A stretch of 64,000 bases of DNA, taken from the NCBI GenBank assembly GCA_965235115.1, contig OZ249436.1, forward strand, positions 49,788,001-49,852,000, given 5' to 3'. Position 1 is the first letter of the stretch. Every line of letters begins with the position of its first letter. Made by a program: the position numbers and the translations under genes. Origin of the DNA: Laetmonice hystrix. Taxonomy: Eukaryota. Positions 13,901 to 41,899 of this stretch are shown here, piece after piece. The notes beneath the pieces are model-generated. The model was given only the letters and a program-made list of their open reading frames with translations, was not told the DNA's origin and did not search any database.

Positions 13901-14296
13901 CAACCTCCTGCTCATCAACACACAGTTCGGTATGCGAGCGTCTCGTTTCTCTATGAGAATCCAATCACACTTTATGAAGTCCATACTCGGATGGATTCCA
14001 TTCTTACTGCTTTCTTTATCTGACTGTTCCGTGTTTATCAAAACCCCGACAACTTCTATCAAGTGGCCGATTCTGTTTTGCACTAATTCTGGTTTATCGA
14101 CCTCGAAAGAACCGTCACTGTGAGTGTGAGTACTGTGAGATCTAGTATGACTATGTCTATGACTGTGATTGTGAAGAACAGCCGTTATACAACAGATTCC
14201 ATTATCTTTGTCTTGCCAACCTAACAGCAGACCAGACGGGGCCATCAGACAAACGTGAGGCACGTACACCTTCACACTGTGAAGTCCAGTGTTCAT
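10908..14296 (-). CDS. PIGQ: Phosphatidylinositol N-acetylglucosaminyltransferase subunit Q (Gpi1). Exons 14296-13563, 13433-13305, 12934-12814, 12610-12484, 12359-12206, 11950-11758, 11623-11509, 11268-11207, 11060-10908
   Basis: Gpi1 motifs [38 protein letters not shown] and [19 protein letters not shown]...[19 protein letters not shown]-terminal G.LVYPW. All nine exons join in frame through GT-AG introns. Confidence 0.96.
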
Positions 14297-14923
14297 CCTT
14301 GATGCGCTGACGGTCACAGACAGAGATATTCCTGCAGAACCTCACTCGAGTCACTGACTGACACTGGTGACAGCTGACGGGTCCAACGTCAATGCCAAGT
14401 TATAATTATGCATTCACCTATTGTCGCCCATTGTCGCATTGAGGCGCTGGTACCGAGGCGCTGAGGAGTCCGCAATTTGTACACTTTATGGTGTTCTTCA
14501 TCGATTGCATGGATGCGCCGTATGGATCTTACTTCTTTTATCTGTAGTGTGAAGCAGCCGACAAAGAATTCTTTAATCTAATAGGGGAATAAGTTCACTC
14601 CCTCTTTTCCGACTTTGGTCTTTCTGTCTGCTTGAGCTTGTTTTCGTTGTATAACACTAGGGGGCGCTACAAAAGTAGCCTCAAACCAAGAAAAGATTCT
14701 TTTCTCACCTGCACTTAGATAGTATTCAAAGCAGAACATCATAGGCATTGATCAATTCAGAAAAATATCTGATTCCAATCAAGGTGGTTGTCTCAGTTCC
14801 AGATGTACAGGAACAGAAATAAGAACATAACACCAGCCTATTTCACGCATCTTTAGTTGGAGGCTATCCGGTATTACGTTGGACGGCTGTCAACAAACCT
14901 CAACAGGCTCAGAGACCGGCAAG
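14297..14923. promoter_or_regulatory. Bidirectional promoter / 5' UTR region shared by PIGQ and TBCD
   Basis: Divergent ATGs at 14296 (-) and 14924 (+). Minus-strand acceptor near 14332 and donor near 14708 suggest a PIGQ 5' UTR intron. CTCF-like ACACTAGGGGGCGCT at 14654-14668. Confidence 0.65.
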
Positions 14924-30591
<15,668 letters not shown>

Positions 30592-30690
30592 GTAAGCATC
30601 ATTGGTTATATTTTATAAGAAAGCCCTCTGTCAGAATTCAAGCTCTGCATGCAGGGAGAAAAAAAAACTATGCAGGGAATTACACAGACC

Positions 30691-30980
30691 GGGGACTGAC
30701 AGGTAAGGGGCCTGACAGATCAGGGATCCGACAGATTGGGACTGACAGATCAGCGGAGACACATCAGGGGGCCGACAGATTGGAGACGGACCGATTGGAG
30801 ACGGACCGATTGGAGACGGACAGATTGGAGACGGACAGATTGGAGACGGACAGATTGGAGACCGACAGATTGGGGACCGACAGATTGGAGACCGACAGAT
30901 TGGAGACCGACAGATTGGAGACCGACAGATTGGAGACTGACAGATTGAAGACTGACAGATCTGAGACCGACACATCAGGG
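30691..30980. repeat. 15-bp minisatellite (GACCGACAGATTGGA)n with degenerate flanks
   Basis: About 13 clear copies at 30770-30970. The repetitive ORFs (ETDRL, SPICR) are by-products. Confidence 0.9.
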
Positions 30981-31775
30981 CCACTTTGCCACACAAAGTG
31001 TGTCACCACTGCTTGAGTGAGCAGAAAGTAATCATTCACTTTGTTTGATGTCAACCCGGTAAAAACACGAAATGAATATTGGAGGGGAGTGTCTACTTAT
31101 AAAACAGTCTAAATGAAATGAAAAACGTCGGGTGAAGGTAAATGTTTTTTCTGTACGTGATATATTTGTCTGCATGTTAAGTTTCATATAAAAAGATTGT
31201 TTTCTTTATTGCATGAAACACTTGAGTGAATAAAATGCAGTTGTTAAGGCAGCTGTTTCCTTCATCCTCCTAGAAACAAACATTATGTAAACAAGGCATG
31301 AGAAGTATGACGCCTGAAATATTGAACATTTTTCTTATTTAATTGGGATAAAACTTTTATGGGATGATGTAAGTATGTTTAGAATCGGGTGGGGGTGGGG
31401 GTGGGGGTGGGGGGGTCGGGGATCGACTGCTTTCTTCGGAACAGAAATTGTTGTGAATATAGTGGTATTTTTAAGTGTAATATTGATGGCTCAGATTGAG
31501 GCTCTTGGAATTTGTGAAGGATTTCAAGGCGTAAAAACCCAAACTCCTGAAACGACACTGCATTGCATCAGTGCTTTTGTAGTGCTCAGGATATTGGATG
31601 TCATTAAACAAATGCAAGGAAGCCGGTGCTCCCCGGTTACCTGTTCTTATTCCTAAAAAATAACTCCCAAAGTTCACTTTGCTGGCGAACTAACTGAAGG
31701 ATTCATCTTTGAACCAGGGACATTCCATCAGTTAGCGGCGAAGGTATAGGTAGGAATATATGTAGTGTACTTTTT

Positions 31776-32660
31776 CAGGGTTCATACGTATCATGGAAGC
31801 ATCAGGGGGAAACTGTTTTTTCAAGGTCAGGGAAAAGTCTGGGAATTTTGTGAAAAGGTTGGGGAGTTTTGAAATTGGGAAGAGGTTTCCTGAAAATTGG
31901 TTTTGGCACCTGCAAGAAGAAAAATTAAAATCAACAAGCTATTTTTCTGCCTCATTTTCTATTCAAAGTTATTCTTAAATATAATTTACAAAGCCGAAGA
32001 GGAGGTCAGGGAAAAGTCAGGTTTTGGTCAGGGTAAAGTAAGGTTTTGGCCAGGGAAAAGTCAGGTTTGGGCCAGGGAAAAGTCGGGTTTGGGTCAGGGA
32101 AAAGTCGGGTTTGGGTCAGGGAAAAGTCAGGTTTTGGTCAGGGAAAAGTCAGGTTTTGGTCAGGGAAAAGTCAGGTTTTGGTCAGGAAAAAAGTCAGGTT
32201 TTGGTCAGGGAAAAGTCAGGTTTTGGTCAATGAAAAGTCAGGTTTTGGTCAGGGAAAAGTCAGGTTTTGGTCAGGGAAAAGTCAGGTTTTGGTCAGGGAA
32301 AAATCTGGTTTTGGTCAATGAAAAGTCAGGTTTTGATTAATGAAAAGTCAGGTTTTGGTCAATGAAAAGTCAGGTTTTGGTCAATGAAAAGTCAGGTTTT
32401 GGTCAATGAAAAGTCAGGTTTTGGTCAGGGAAAAATCAGGTTTTGGTCAATGAAAAGTCAGGTTTTGGTCAGGGAAAAGTCAGGTTTTGGTCAGGGAAAA
32501 GTTAGGTTTTGGTCAGGGAAAAATCAGGTTTGGGTCAGGGAAAAGTTAGGTTTGGGTCAGGGAAAAGTTGGGTTTGGGGCAGGGAAACGTCAGGTTTGGG
32601 GCAGGGAAAAGTCAGGTTTGGGGCAGGGAAAAGTCAGGGAAATTTACACCCGATACCCTG
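31776..32660. mobile_element. Probable non-autonomous DNA transposon (CAGGGT...ACCCTG ends) carrying an internal 22-bp minisatellite at ~32005-32640
   Basis: Terminal CAGGGT / ACCCTG. The motif GGTCAGGGAAAAGTC occurs near the left end and is amplified as (GGGAAAAGTCAGGTTTTGGTCA)n, ~28 copies. No TSD found. Confidence 0.6.
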
Positions 32661-33049
32661 AATATGTACTGTTTTGGATTGCTGATAACTACACATGACC
32701 AGAGTTGCTCCATCGCGCATTGAGGGTATTTTATTTTGTCCACGTAGGCATTTGGTACTTTGAGGATTATGAGGTACGCCTCTCGAGTGTATCAACATAG
32801 TAATCCTTTTAGCACAAAACGTCATTGTGATTATGTTGAGGATTATGTAATTATTCAATTAGTGGATTTATTCATAATGGAGCAAAGGAAAAAAACAGTA
32901 GCCAATGGTGCATGCTCAAACTGTTCTCTATGTAGACATTTTATCACCCATTGTAAATTATTATGGGGCAAAACCGGATAATTAGTCCACCAAAATCTTT
33001 AGAGTGCAGAATAGTGTAAAACAAAAACCTTGCTGCCGTTTTAAAAGTG

Positions 33050-33820
33050 AAAATACAAGCGCGTTCTTCGATCATATTTCTATCTACGGTGGTATCATAG
33101 AACAGGATAGAGTACAAGGACGTTAAGAAACACATGAACTTGGTGGGAATCAAAATACAAGCGTGTTCTTCGATCGTATTTCTATCTACGGTGGTATCAT
33201 AGAACAGGATAGAGTACAAGGACGTTAAGAAACACATGAACTTGGTGGGAATCAAAATACCAGCGTGTTCTTCGATCGTATTTCTATCTATGGTGGTATC
33301 ATAGAACAGGATAGAGTCCAAGGACGTTAAGAAACACATGAACTTGGTGGGAATCAAAATACCAGCGTGTTCTTCGATCGTATTTCTATCTATGGTGGTA
33401 TCATAGAACAGGATAGAGTCCAAGGACGTTAAGAAACACATGAACTTGGTGGGAATCAAAATACCAGCGTGTTCTTCGATCGTATTTCTATCTATGGTGG
33501 TATCATAGAACAGGATAGAGTCCAAGGACGTTAAGAAACACATGAACTTGGTGGGAATCAAAATACAAGCGTGTTCTTCGATCATATTTCTATCTACGGT
33601 GGTATCATAGAACAGGATAGAGTACAAGGACGTTAAGAAACACATGAACTTGGTGGGAATCAAAATACAAGCGTGTCCTTCGATCATATTTCTATCTACG
33701 GTGGTATCATAGAACAGGATAGAGTACAAGGACGTTAAGAAACACATGAACTTGGTGGGAATCAAAATACAAGCGTGTTCTTCGATCGTATTTCTATCTA
33801 TGGTGGTATCATAGAACAGG
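33050..33820. repeat. 102-bp tandem array, ~7.5 copies
   Basis: Unit AAAATACAAGCGTGTTCTTCGATC...GAACTTGGTGGGAATC. It produces the 34-aa periodicity of minus ORF 32944-34035. Confidence 0.93.
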
Positions 33821-36554
33821 ACTGACCACATAGTATACCGACTGTTGTGTTGAAACGAATATTTGATGTTTAGATTGTACACGCTCTCTGGAATTCTCTG
33901 TCTCTGTCGGTCTGTTGGTCTCTCCCTCTGTGTCTCGCTATCTGTTCCTCTTTTTCTCGCTATCTGTCTCTCGCTCCTTGATAAAGATGACAGAAAAAAT
34001 AAATGTGCATTTAGCAAAATACTTTCTGTGCCCACTTTGTGATATTCTGACGCAAAGGTTTCAGCTTTACATTCATCGTACTAAATGAACGATGTGTAAT
34101 TGATAGAGAGATCTAAAAGGAGTGGGAAGAAAACCGTATGAATATGGTTGGTGTTTGTTTTGTCAGAAAGTTTGTCTCAGCCTTAATTATTGACTTGATT
34201 TAATTAATTGACTGATGCTGTGTGAAGGTGACAAGTAGCTTGCCGCTCTTGATGGATGCTGCTCGCTGTCAGACGTTGTACGCCGACCGACCGGTAGGGG
34301 TCGACACTGACAATGTTAGAAGACAAGGTTGGAGTGCTGCCGCTTCAGGCAAATCATCTACCAAACGTTGTGTCCATATCAAAGATCGTGCTAATGTGGC
34401 ATAATTAATTGTAGAACTCAAGCAAATCATTTCTAAAACATTGTATGATTTATATTGAAATTTTACGTTCTTATTCGGTCATGAAATGTCTTTTTCACTT
34501 GTTAGAATCATTATCGCAGAATTATGCTTGGTTTTGTGCGCAGAGCCCGTTATGCTTATCTTGAGAGAATGATTTTCTGTTTGGAGTAATTAAAATTACC
34601 AATTCTGAATCACGCAGAGTGATTACTCTGGTGATTATTTATGATAAAACAACTGGAGAAAGAACGAAATCAAAAAGGATAAAAAAAGTTGTTTAAAATC
34701 TGCCTTTCAAGTGGTCTGCCTTTCAAATGGTCTGCCTTTCAAATGGTCTGCCTTTCGAATGTGTCTCTGGATCACACAGATATCATGTGGTGTGTTTTCA
34801 AGGAGGAGATATATTCATGTCAGAATGCAAGATCTGCCACTGCTATCTTTGTGACATATAAGGCCGACGCGTATTTTATGTATGTAATCCTACATGCCAA
34901 GACAATTTTTTCCACATTATATCCTCTCCACGATGAGCGGGTTACCAGTATTTTTATCCTAACATGGCCCGTATTAAGTAATCGGTAATAACCACTGAAT
35001 CAGTTCCAGAAATGTGAAGAATTCACAAGGATTGTAAGATGAAATGCTGAAGACGTGGGTTTGGTGACTGACTTGGTATTATCGGAGCGACTCGTCGCGT
35101 GCGCCCAGTGATTCCCATATCGGAGAAAACGGACTAGCACCATAATGTAGTAGACCCCGGCTAATGGCCACACCAAGTTCTCTTTAATCTGGGCGGCGGC
35201 CAGTCTTGATTTACCACGGGGGCCATACTTGATTCATGGCCTGGAGAATAGCGTTGACAGAGACAGGGGTGTGTGTGTGTGTTAGTGAATGATTGTATGA
35301 TCTCGGGCGTAGAGTCTCCTACCTGTCCGTGTGACCGGGGAGGGGGGTGGGGGGTTGAGCGGGCCGTCAGGTAGGGTGATAGAACCAGGACCCGCATCCT
35401 GACTGTAACTGTCAGACCGTCAGTCTAACGGAGCTGATTTAGTGCTTGGAATCATTCCCTCAAAGTGTAATGAACTGTGTGTTAAGGTGGGCAGCAGCAG
35501 GTAGTTTAGGGAGAGGTCGGTAGGTTTAGGAGGGAGCTGTACGTGACGCCATCCCTACCCTAGTTGTCCTGCTGGCCCGAGGCTGTCAAGGCGACATCAG
35601 AGGCGGGCCTGGCCTCAGGAAACAACCTCGTCTTTTTGATCACAGCCATGAACAGCAAGAGTTTGTGGATGACTGGCTAGATTCATCCAGCAGAAAGACT
35701 AAACTCACGAACCAGCATGATAAACAAGAAAATAAAGCCATGAAATGTAGTATTTTAAATTTTCTATTTGTTTTTTTTTAAAGAAATATATAATAGGGGG
35801 TGGTAAATACAGAGAAATACATGGTGCCTGGAAAAATACGCTTTTGAATTATGTGGTTGTGGTTGACACCGATGTCTTCCCTCCTCTGTGATCTATTAAT
35901 CTTCCAACCTCTGTGGAGGCCATTATTTAAACAAAGTCCTACGAGATATGAAAATTCTCGTTCTGCCTCCGAGGACAAGGAATCTCAGTGAGAAAATGAC
36001 GTTCTGTTACAGAACATTGAGCCTCGTGCTCAGTCAGTGCTCGGCTCAGTCAGTGGAATCCCTACTCGTGAAATTATGGTGTGTATTTAAATTTGGGTGA
36101 GATTTGTCTATTGAAACGTGATTTTTGGTTTTATGGAATCCCTACATAATCCTAGTGTGGTACACGGTAGTGGGAATACCCCTGACGGGAGTCTTGTTAC
36201 TGAAGACAATGTTGAACAGATACTGCTGCCTGATACGGTTTACAATACGGTAACTGAGGGCATCTTTCATGAAAAACAGTGGTTACCTTGGTTACTCTAA
36301 TGAAAACCGCAAACCTGCAGGTGCACAGTGACACTCACTGGTGTACAAAATATTTAAGTTTCGGTAAAAGTGCGCCACAGTACTTGAAAACGAAACTTGG
36401 CAGTCATTGTTCTCTGCTGTAGAGTGATAATAGGTTAATTTTGGTAAGGGGAGCTGAACCATTGTGAGAAGAAATGGTGTTCTCATTGTCATAATGATCT
36501 TTTAGCGGAATACAAGAATACATGTATTAATATTGGATTCAACTTTCATTTCAG

Positions 36555-36605
36555 AAGTCGGGAACTACAGGAGCGCCGCCTGGTGGCGCGGTGAAAGCGA
36601 CGTAA
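36555..36605 (+). CDS. TBCD: Candidate terminal coding exon of TBCD (KSGTTGAPPGGAVKAT*)
   Basis: Strong acceptor AACTTTCATTTCAG, in phase 0 with the donor at 30591, giving a short low-complexity tail and TAA. No homology support. An alternative acceptor near 31273 also exists. Confidence 0.4.
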   Translation, partial: KSGTTGAPPGGAVKAT

Positions 36606-38817
36606 CGCCGCCAGATTGACAGGTACTTAACACTGTCTGCGGCCCTCTCTGGCTGTCTAGTATTACTTTATATTTTATAGGCAGCGTGTGTTTCAAGGGG
36701 GGGGGGGGGGTTAATGTACTCATTGAACACAGACTTGCAGTTTCTGTCCAGAATACATTTTATCTAATGACTTGGGAGGGGGGGGGGGCGCTTTCCGACA
36801 AATATTACCAAGGATATTATGAATTTATTATGAGGACGTATTTTGTATAGGATCAGCCATACTGGAGTGATATCTCTTCAGTAACAGCATCAACTTGTAA
36901 ATGCAATGCAGTGCAGCATCCAATTGTGCTCTGGATGACATCGTGATTGATGATGGCATATAGTATAAAACTACTATCACAAATAATCCAATAGGTGGTC
37001 GCTAGAACGCCGGCATATAAATATATTTGTGTTCAACACTGTTAAATTATTCATCAGTGTCTTATGTATTTGTCCAAAGTTATTTATTCTTTGCATTTAC
37101 CACCATTTCCACAACATTTATGGCCACCATCGTATTCACCTGTAGACTTTATTATAGTATCCCTGAGACAGGAATTAAGTGGGCTCACCCTTAAATCTCC
37201 TGTAAATAATATATTCTCACACCGACAGTGAAATCACAAGAGGTTTCCAAAGTTTGAGACTTACAGTCCTCAGAAGTCCTCACCGACATTAGAACTAAAA
37301 TACTAAAACACCCGGTGGCGTCTCCTCGGTCCTGTCGTCGGTATTAAAAATAGATTAGCCAGTCCGTCCGGTGGATGTGCAGTGGGATAGAAAATGGTGT
37401 CTATAATGGGTGGTGTAACATCAGCCCTCCTGCAGTAATTCCACTCTCTAAGTGCACGTTTGATTGGCCGCTAATTAGAACGCCTAATCATCGCAGTTAA
37501 TTTCTACTCTTTGAAAACAGCACTTTACTGTAGAAATGTCGAGTGGAGTTTCGTAAAGGCCCGTTCGAATGACAGCGCTTTATATCAATGTAAGTCGACT
37601 CAAACTTGGGATATTAAATAACTTCTTAAAGGTCAGTTAAAACCTCCTCTCATATTAAACAACCTAGATTTACCTGCAATCTCGTAATAAATTGGAAGCA
37701 AAACAACTGCGCATGTAGTTGTAATACGGAGCAGCGTGTGCCATCGGTAATTGCCTTCCTTCGCTCCACCCAGCCACGCCGGTTTGCCATGGCGGTGGTT
37801 TGTAAACTCCACGGACCGTGCTCGGGCGACTGAACTTGTAATTTTCTTACATTTGTTACCATTATCTGATCGCCATATTTTAATATCATGTTGCCAAGGA
37901 TGGAAGGTACGTTCATTTTGGGGGGGAATTGACGGAGTCCGTTTAAACATCACCTGAACATAAAAGGCCCGCAGTGCACAGCGGAATAGGAGAACTTGCA
38001 ATACATTTGCGAGTTTTAATTCTAGAATAAAACATACTTTGAGTCAAGGGTAGGGGAGAGCAGGTTTTACTCTACATGTCGGTACACACTGTAGTATGGG
38101 ATGTGTGATCTTTGTAGTTGTAAAGTTAATGTCAGCACTGTCAGCACACCATGACATTAAAACTACCATCCTTTGGCCGGCACCATACCTTGTCCCCTGG
38201 GATACTAACTTGCAAGGACCGTTGGACACATTGACCAGGTTAAAGCCGCAGTGACAGGCAAACTCCACATAAATTCTCATCCATTTTCTTGTCAAGGAAT
38301 ACCACAGTCAAAAGAAAAGAAAAAGAAAACCTTACCTTACAGAGTCAACCCTTCTTAATACACTTTCAGTACTCACTTGTAGCTTTTATGGAATGGGACA
38401 AAAAGTAGGGGATTCTGCTTCAATGCCTACTTTCCAAGGCAGACACTGTTTATGGAAGGGATTGTTACAAGCGCACAGTACATTGAATTCAGATTTTTTA
38501 TTTGGCGGGGAAGGGGGGGGGGGAGACTCCCAGCCGTATCTCATCAGGTGCCTTACATCCATGAGAGCGGAAGAAATGATAGTAAGCTGTCGTATCGTAG
38601 TGTGTACCATCTCCCTGTCATCCTATGACTGACGTAGATTTCGTTTTTAATGTGAGACCTTGACAACATGGCAGAGAGCCCTGAGGCATACATTTGGAGT
38701 CGGCGGGAAAGAAAATAATTGTGAATATGATCCAAACCGAACATAAACAATGAGGTGAGATAACTGAGCCGACCTGTGGGAAGAATTTGAGGGAAATACG
38801 ATAACAACATGTGTGTT

Positions 38818-39913
38818 CTGTACGTGTGCCACGTGCGGCATTAGAGTGTAGAATATTACAGCTGTACGTGTGCCACGTGCGGCATTAGAGTGTAGAATAT
38901 TACAGCTGTACGTGTGCCACGTGCGGCATTAGAGTGTAGAATATTACAGCTGTACGTGTGCCACGTGCGGCATTAGAGTGTAGAATATTACAGCTGTACG
39001 TGTGCCACGTGCGGCATTAGAGTGTAGAATATTACAGCTGTACGTGTGCCACGTGCGGCATTAGAGTGTAGAATATTACAGCTGTACGTGTGCCACGTGC
39101 GGCATTATAGTATAGAATATTACAGCTGTACGTGTGCCACGTGTGGCATTATAGTATAGAATATTACAGCTGTACGTGTGCCACGTGCGGCATTAGAGTG
39201 TAGAATATTACAGCTGGACGTGTGCCACATCCGATATTAGAGTGTAGAATATTGCAGCTGGACGTGTGCCACGTGCGGCATTAGAGTGTAGAATATTACA
39301 GCTGTACGTGTGCCACCTGCGGCATTAGAGTGTAGAATATTACAGCTGTACGTGTGCCACATGTGGCGTTATAGTATAGAATATTACAGCTGTACGTGTG
39401 CCACGTGTGGCATTATAGTATAGAATATTACAGCTGTACGTGTGCCACTTGTGGCATTATAGTATAGAATATTACAGCTGTACGTGTGCCACGTGCGGCA
39501 TTAGAGTGTAGAATATTACAGCTGGACGTGTGCCACATCCGATATTACAGTGTAGAATATTACAGCTGGACGTGTGCCACATCCGATATTACAGTGTAGA
39601 ATATTACAGCTGTACGTGAACCACATCCGGTATTAGAGTGTAGAATATTACAGCTGTACGTGTGCCACATCCGGTATTAGAGTGTAGAATATTACAGCTG
39701 TACGTGAACCACATCCGATATTACAGTGTAGAATATTACAGCTGTACGTGAACCACATCCGATATTACAGTGTAGAATATTACAGCTGTACGTGTGCCAC
39801 ATCCGATATTACAGTGTAGAATATTACAGCTGTACGTGAACCACATCCGATATTACAGTGTAGAATATTACAGCTGTACCTGTACCACATCCGATCTTAG
39901 AGTGTAGAATATT
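38818..39913. repeat. 44-bp minisatellite, ~25 copies
   Basis: Unit CTGTACGTGTGCCACGTGCGGCATTAGAGTGTAGAATATTACAG, grading into a CCACATCCGATATTAC variant. Confidence 0.95.
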
Positions 39914-40222
39914 GCTTCACCATGTCTCCAACATCCTATATTGGAATATAGAATACCAGTAAATTGCAGACTACTTGGAATATCGATGGCACAGTTCGCC
40001 TTTCAAGGTAGACTATTCTGACTTGTCCCCACCCGCCACAGTGTTTGCTGGTTTCCTGGATGTAATATACCAAGTCTCTTCCTCTTTAAGCACATTGGCC
40101 GGCGGCCACCACGAGATTGAGTGAAAGCCCACGGCTCCGCGGGGTATGGCACTAATTCTGATTGCATTATTGATAAGCAGAGGTGAATGGTGAGATCAGA
40201 GGGGTTCGGACGTCAGCAGGAC

Positions 40223-41899
40223 GTCAAGGGAGTGGAGGACCTCGGAAAGGAAATCAAGGGAGTGGGGGACCTCGGAAAGGAAATCAAGGGAGTGGAGGAC
40301 CTCGGAAAGGAAATCAAGGGAGTGGGGGACCTCGGAAAGGAAATCAAGGTAGTGGGGGACCTCGGAAAGGAAATCAAGGGAGTGGGGGACCTCGGAAAGG
40401 AAATCAAGGGAGTGGGGGACCTCGGAAAGGAAATCAAGGGAGTGGGGGACCTCGGAAAGGAAGTCAAGGGAGTGAGGGACCTCGGAAAGGAAATCAAGGG
40501 AGTGGGGGACCTCGGAAAGGAAATCAAGGGAGTGGGGGACCTCGGAAAGGAAATCAAGGGAGTGGGGGACCTCGGAAAGGAAGTCAAGGGAGTGAGGGAC
40601 CTCGGAAAGGAAATCAAGGGAGTGGGGGACCTCGGAAAGGAAATCAAGGGAGTGGGGGACCTCGGAAAGGAAATCAAGGGAGTGGGGGACCTCGGAAAGG
40701 AAATCAAGGGAGTGGGGGACCTCGGAAAGGAAATCAAGGGAGTGGGGGACCTCGGAAAGGAAATCAAGGGAGTGGGGGACCTCGGAAAGGAAATCAAGGG
40801 AGTGGGGGACCTCGGAAAGAAATCAAGGGAGTGAGGGACCTCGGAAAGGAAATCAAGGGAGTGGGGGACCTCGGAAAGGAAATCAAGGGAGTGGGGGACC
40901 TCGGAAAGGAAGTCAAGGGAGTGGGGGACCTCGGAAAGGAAATCAAGGGAGTGGGGGACCTCGGAAAGGAAATCAAGGGAGTGAGGGACCTCGGGAAGGA
41001 AATCAAGCGATTGGGGGACCTCGGAAAGAAATCAAGGGAGTGGGGGACCTCGGAAAGGAAATCAAGGGAGTGAGGGACCTCGGAAAGGAAATCAAGGGAG
41101 TGGGGGACCTCGGAAAGGAAATCAAGGGAGTGGGGGACCTCGGAAAGAAATCAAGCGATTGGGGACCTCGGAAAGAAATCAAGCGATTGGGGGACCTCGG
41201 AAAGAAATCAAGGGAGTGAGGGACATCGGAAAGGAAATCAAGCGAGTGAGGGACCTCGGAAAGGAAATCAAGGGAGTGAGAGACCTTGGAAAGGAAATCA
41301 AGCGAGTGGGGGACCTCGGAAAGGAAATTAAGGGAGTGGGGGACCTCGGAAAGGAAATCAAGGGAGTGGGGGACCTCGGAAAGGAAATCAAGGGAGTGGG
41401 GGACCTCGGAAAGGAAATCAAGGGAGTGGGGGACCTCGGAAAGGAAATCAAGGGAGTGCGGGACCTCGGAAAGGAAATCAAGGGAGTGGGGGACCTCGGA
41501 AAGGAAATCAAGGGAGTGAGGGACCTCGGAAAGGGAATCAAGGGAGTGGGGGACCTCGGAAAGGAAATCAAGGGAGTGGGGGGGTCTCGGAAAGGAAATC
41601 AAGGGAGTGGGGGACCTCGGAAAGGAAATCAAGGGAGTGGGGGGTCTCGGAAAGGAAATCAAGGGAGTGGGGGACCTCGGAAAGGAAATCAAGGGAGTGA
41701 GGGACCTCGGAAAGGAAATCAAGGGAGTGGGGGACCTCGGAAGGAAATCAAAGGAGTGAGGGACCTCGGAAAGGAAATCAAGGGAGTGGGGGACCTCGGA
41801 AAGGAAATCAAGGGAGTGAGGGACCTCGGAAGGAAATCAAGGGAGTGGGGGACCTCGGAAGGAAATCAAGGGAGTGAGGGACCTCGGAAAGGAAGTCAA
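40223..41899. repeat. 30-bp purine/G-rich minisatellite, ~55 copies
   Basis: Unit AAATCAAGGGAGTGGGGGACCTCGGAAAGG. Occasional 1-nt indels shift the apparent ORFs between frames. Confidence 0.96.

Noticed and set aside
32944..34035. 363-aa ORF with 34-aa repeats
   Set aside because: It is the translation of the 102-bp array (unit divisible by 3), lies antisense within the TBCD 3' region, and has no recognisable domain.
35161..35397. GC-rich minus ORF in the TBCD 3' region
   Set aside because: Short, includes a (GT)n microsatellite, and has no homology or supported exon chain.
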